Part shown: piece by piece, positions 60,535 to 64,000 of the stretch
How the letters are laid out: every line of letters begins with the position of its first letter
How positions within the stretch are numbered: the first letter of the stretch is position 1
Assembly (NCBI RefSeq): GCF_033153115.1
Contig: NW_026889805.1
Location: 5,270,001 to 5,334,000, forward strand
DNA: 64,000 nucleotides
DNA from: Saccostrea echinata
Lineage: Eukaryota
Direction of reading: 5' to 3'
Position numbers and translations under genes: made by a program
The notes under the pieces: model-generated
Databases searched by the model: none
Told to the model about the DNA's origin: nothing
What the model saw: the letters and a program-made list of their open reading frames with translations, nothing else

Positions 60535-63246
60535 CTAATTTTTCTTGCAAAGCACACCTGAAGCAAAACTTTCTTTTTCAACAAAAATGTCTTTTTCATA
60601 GAATTTGGAGAATGTTGTAGCATTAGTCCATCCAGCCTTCCTTAAAATTTCATCTACTGGCACAGCTGCCGATTTTGCTTTTGACACTGAAGCAGATCTT
60701 ACACTGTGCGATCCAAATACATCTGTATTAACCCCAGAAAGTTTCATCACCATTTTGATCCATCTGGACACTGTGTCTCTCGTAACTGCCTTATGAGGTT
60801 TAACATAACTTAATAAAAGTGATTGTTCTCCATTTCTAATAGGTGCTGTCTTTAACAAATATTCCTTCACCACAACGTATATACAAAGTCTCCTATCTGG
60901 AGGGTGTGCTTTCATATGTACAACAGGCATTTTATAACCCGGTCTACATTGCTTTAGCAGTCCGGAGTATTCAAATATGTATTCATTAAAGCACTTTTTC
61001 ATATTATTTACAGAAATAAGATGAATTGACTGAGCTCGTGCAGCATTTGTCAAAGCAATTAACATTACCAGTTTCAATGTTAATTGTTTCAAACTTAAAG
61101 TCTTTACAGGAGACCATTTCTTCAACTGTCGTAGAACTAAAGATACATCCCATGTTCCATAATATTTGGGTTTAGTTGGTCTAATGTTATAAACACCTTT
61201 CATATATCTAATAACAAGAGCATGGGATCCAACACTGGTTCCATCTAATTTTATGCCCAACGCTGACAAAGCCCCCCGAGCGGTATTGAGTGAACTGTAA
61301 CTCAATCCATTTTCAAAAAGTAAAGTGAAGAATTCCAAAATATTATTTATAGATGGTGAAACTGGATTAATTTTCCATTCAGAGCAGTAATGAAACCATC
61401 TTTTGATGAACGTTTGATATTGTTTTTTAGTACCGGTTCTCCATGATGCCATAATAATGGAGGTAGTTGTTTTTGAAAATCCAAAATTTCTGTAAGCTCG
61501 CCGGACACTTGGCATGCAATCAAGGTCATTTTTTTCCCCCAGAGGATGAGTCTCCTTTTTGTGAGGGTTTAGAAGTAGATCCTTCCTTCTCGGAAGTAAT
61601 AATGGATTCTTGACTATACTTTTCATTAATCCTGTGAACCAAGTCTGAGTGGGCCATAATGGGGCAATGATAATCCCTCTTGCCCGGTCTTCCCGAATCT
61701 TCTTGATGCACAAGCCCATCAAACTAAAAGGTGGAAAAATATAAACATAATCAAAAGTTCTCCAATTCAATGGAAATGCATCAACATAACTACATTCTGG
61801 ATCTTGTTTCCATGAGCAAAACACTTCAACTTGTGCATTGAGTCTTGATGCAAACAAATCTATATCTGGACAACCTAGCTTTGAACAAATTTGTAAGAAT
61901 ATATCATGGTCTAATTGCCATTCCACTTGATCATTGAATTCTCTGGATAATTTGTCTGCTTCTATGTTATTTTTCCCTGGAATATGAGAACACTTCAACC
62001 AAATGTTTCTCTTAGTACACCATTCCCATATTTCCACTGCAAGTTTATTGCAAATTTGAGATTTTATGCCACCCATATTATTAATATAACTAATGGCAGT
62101 AGTATTATCTGATAATATTCTTACATATTTGTTTTTCACAATATTCACAAATGATCTCAAAGCAAAGTAAATTGCAAGCATTTCTAAGTAATTTATGTGA
62201 TTCATTTTTTCTTCTTCTTTCCATCTTCCACCAGTTCTGATATTATCTTGTGTGCATATTGCTCCCCAACCTAACAAAGATGCATCAGTTTGAATAGTAA
62301 TCTCTGGGTTACCTCTAGAGATAAGTCTTATCTGAGAATGAATATTGGAACACCACCAACTTAGTTCTTCTTTCATTTTTATAGTGATTGACATTAAGGA
62401 ATCAAAATTCCCTTTAGCTTCTTTTAAATGCTTTATTTTCTCTGTTTCTAGCAATCTGTAATGTAATTTTCCTAATTCTGTAGCTGAGAAACTCGAAATA
62501 ATCAGTCCAATGACTCGAGCTACAGTTCTTATTTTAGCGCGATCTTTATTCAATAAACACTTGCATTCTTCATAAATAATGTCTTTCTTCTCCTCAGTCA
62601 ATTCAATAGTCATTCTTTCAGAATTTATTACATTTCCCAAAAATGTGATACACTTCTTGGGTTCAAATTGACTTTTCTTTCCATGAATCACAAAACCAAA
62701 TTTTTCAAGATATTCTCTTGTGATGTTCACATTCATTCTACACTCATCAATAGTATCTCCAAACAGTAAAACATCATCAATGTAAGTCATGCTAAGATAA
62801 CCTAATGTTCTAAGCTTTGCAAAGATTGGTTTGAGAACCTTTGTGAATATTCTAGGTGCTGATGACAAACCAAATGGTAAGCAGGTATATTGAAATATTT
62901 TCCCTTTCCATCTAAATCTCAAATATTTTTGATGCTCCATTGCTATTGGAATTGTATGATAGGCATGTCTTATGTCAATTGATGCCATAAAACAATTTTC
63001 CTTGACCAGATTTACTGCAGATTCAAAAGTATCCATCTTGAAATGATGGTATACTACATATTCATTTAGATTTTTTAAATTAAGAATAACTCTGTATTCC
63101 CCATTTTTCTTTGGTCTAACAAATATAGATGACAGAAATTGATCTGGTCCAGGAATTGCCTCAACAATAGCTCCCATTTTTAATAAACTCTCAATTTCTT
63201 GATCTATCACTTCAGATTCTACTGAATTAAATTTAGGTTCATACAA
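60535..63246 (-). CDS. DIRS pol (RT-RNaseH-adenine methyltransferase-like) fused by frameshift to the tyrosine recombinase
   Basis: RT: RVILNLK, SIDIRHAY, LPFGLSSAPRIF, YIDD. RNaseH: TDAS, HINYLE, SDN, ADKLSR. MT-like: IDLFASRLN, YIFPPF. YR: catalytic R (AARAQS), HSVR, AGW, KFY. Confidence 0.88.
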   Translation of the reverse strand: MYEPKFNSVESEVIDQEIESLLKMGAIVEAIPGPDQFLSSIFVRPKKNGEYRVILNLKNLNEYVVYHHFKMDTFESAVNLVKENCFMASIDIRHAYHTIPIAMEHQKYLRFRWKGKIFQYTCLPFGLSSAPRIFTKVLKPIFAKLRTLGYLSMTYIDDVLLFGDTIDECRMNVNITREYLEKFGFVIHGKKSQFEPKKCITFLGNVINSERMTIELTEEKKDIIYEECKCLLNKDRAKIRTVARVIGLIISSFSATELGKLHYRLLETEKIKHLKEAKGNFDSLMSITIKMKEELSWWCSNIHSQIRLISRGNPEITIQTDASLLGWGAICTQDNIRTGGRWKEEEKMNHINYLEMLAIYFALRSFVNIVKNKYVRILSDNTTAISYINNMGGIKSQICNKLAVEIWEWCTKRNIWLKCSHIPGKNNIEADKLSREFNDQVEWQLDHDIFLQICSKLGCPDIDLFASRLNAQVEVFCSWKQDPECSYVDAFPLNWRTFDYVYIFPPFSLMGLCIKKIREDRARGIIIAPLWPTQTWFTGLMKSIVKNPLLLPRRKDLLLNPHKKETHPLGEKNDLDCMPSVRRAYRNFGFSKTTTSIIMASWRTGTKKQYQTFIKRWFHYCSEWKINPVSPSINNILEFFTLLFENGLSYSSLNTARGALSALGIKLDGTSVGSHALVIRYMKGVYNIRPTKPKYYGTWDVSLVLRQLKKWSPVKTLSLKQLTLKLVMLIALTNAARAQSIHLISVNNMKKCFNEYIFEYSGLLKQCRPGYKMPVVHMKAHPPDRRLCIYVVVKEYLLKTAPIRNGEQSLLLSYVKPHKAVTRDTVSRWIKMVMKLSGVNTDVFGSHSVRSASVSKAKSAAVPVDEILRKAGWTNATTFSKFYEKDIFVEKESFASGVLCKKN

Positions 63247-63397
63247 ATTACATTTGCTACATCATCTACAAATTCTATTTTACAGTTTTCAACTATCTGT
63301 AATACATTTTTATCTGATGTAATTTTTTCCCATTCTTTGGAAAAATATTTCAATCTACCTGCATAAAATTCAACACTTTTCTCACTAACCTCATCAT

Positions 63398-64000
63398 TTA
63401 TTGAGTCTTGCTTTTCTGTTGAGTGTTGCTCTTCTTGGAGTTTTTTGGATAAAATTGTCCACTAACTTCACCACTGTTTCTGTTCGAATATCCGTAATTT
63501 GGATTATATGCAGAATTGCTATAATTTCCACGTCCTCTTGGTCTGCGACCTCTAAATCTTCCTCTCATTCGACCTCTGAATGATCCTCCTCTGTTATTGT
63601 ACTGCAGCTTATGACCAATCTTACTGCAATCTTCAATTTCTTTTGCCGTTTTTGAAATTTCGTCACCAAATAACCATGACGTATAAGGTACAGTTTGTGC
63701 ACACAAATGCAAGTATTCATATCTCAATTCAGGCTTGATAAGCTCTCGTCTTGTCATGTTCACTTGTCTATTTGCATGTCCAAAGAGTGCTAAACTATCA
63801 TTGCATTCATCTATTATCTTTCCCAATTTCGTTTTATGTGAATCATCCAATTCATTCTCCAAGTCTGCTAATTTGTTTACAACTTTGGCCAAGATAATGG
63901 AACCTTTAACAACAGAGGTTTCGATGTTTTGCATTTTTCTATCAATAGTTTTTGCTTCTTGAGATATAATATCCCAAACAAGTTGGTTTGTCTTCACAAC
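63398..64000 (-). CDS. DIRS gag-like ORF (partial)
   Basis: Coiled-coil region with RRELIKP and WLFGD motifs and an RG-rich basic tail, directly upstream of and overlapping the pol start. Confidence 0.8.
   Translation of the reverse strand, partial: VVKTNQLVWDIISQEAKTIDRKMQNIETSVVKGSIILAKVVNKLADLENELDDSHKTKLGKIIDECNDSLALFGHANRQVNMTRRELIKPELRYEYLHLCAQTVPYTSWLFGDEISKTAKEIEDCSKIGHKLQYNNRGGSFRGRMRGRFRGRRPRGRGNYSNSAYNPNYGYSNRNSGEVSGQFYPKNSKKSNTQQKSKTQ

Larger units (their letters stand above)
60064..64000 (-). mobile_element. DIRS-type tyrosine-recombinase retrotransposon (5' part beyond the right edge)
   Basis: gag-like ORF, RT/RNaseH/MT and YR coding regions, then an internal complementary region (ICR) and right terminal repeat ending in a T-run on the element strand. 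Confidence 0.93.

Overview
AT-rich, intron-rich eukaryotic DNA, almost certainly a bivalve mollusc and most likely an oyster (Ostreidae), judged from Cg170-like satellite monomers carried in Helentron-type non-autonomous elements. Five spliced genes could be reconstructed by hand with consistent intron phases. They are a Matrin-3/CIZ1/ZNF638-family zinc-finger gene (minus strand, 20182 to <439, running off the left edge), SAPCD2 (plus, 23316-33930), an Ikaros/Hunchback-type C2H2 gene (plus, 41049-43230), BBLN/C9orf16 (minus, 50204-44158) and a divergent DDX39/UAP56 DECD-box helicase (plus, 52603-55803). Two of the pairs are head-to-head. Introns and intergenic DNA are full of mobile elements: satellite-carrying HINE/Helentron-like elements, nested MITEs with 2-, 3-, 4-, 5-, 6- and 8-bp target-site duplications (TSDs), a decayed Tc1 DD34E element, a decayed Penelope-like RT, and at the right edge a DIRS-type tyrosine-recombinase retrotransposon. 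The most unusual observations are these. (i) Tandem duplications repeatedly span splice junctions (five cases in four genes), the largest being an ~18-copy 36-bp array of the SAPCD2 exon-3 donor. (ii) In the DIRS copy a single extra base fuses RT-RNaseH-methyltransferase to the tyrosine recombinase in one 903-aa ORF. (iii) Introns of the divergent UAP56 paralogue contain structured, possibly snoRNA-derived sequences. (iv) A TTAA-flanked MITE contains a tRNA-like Pol III promoter. All calls come from reading the sequence; no database searches were run.
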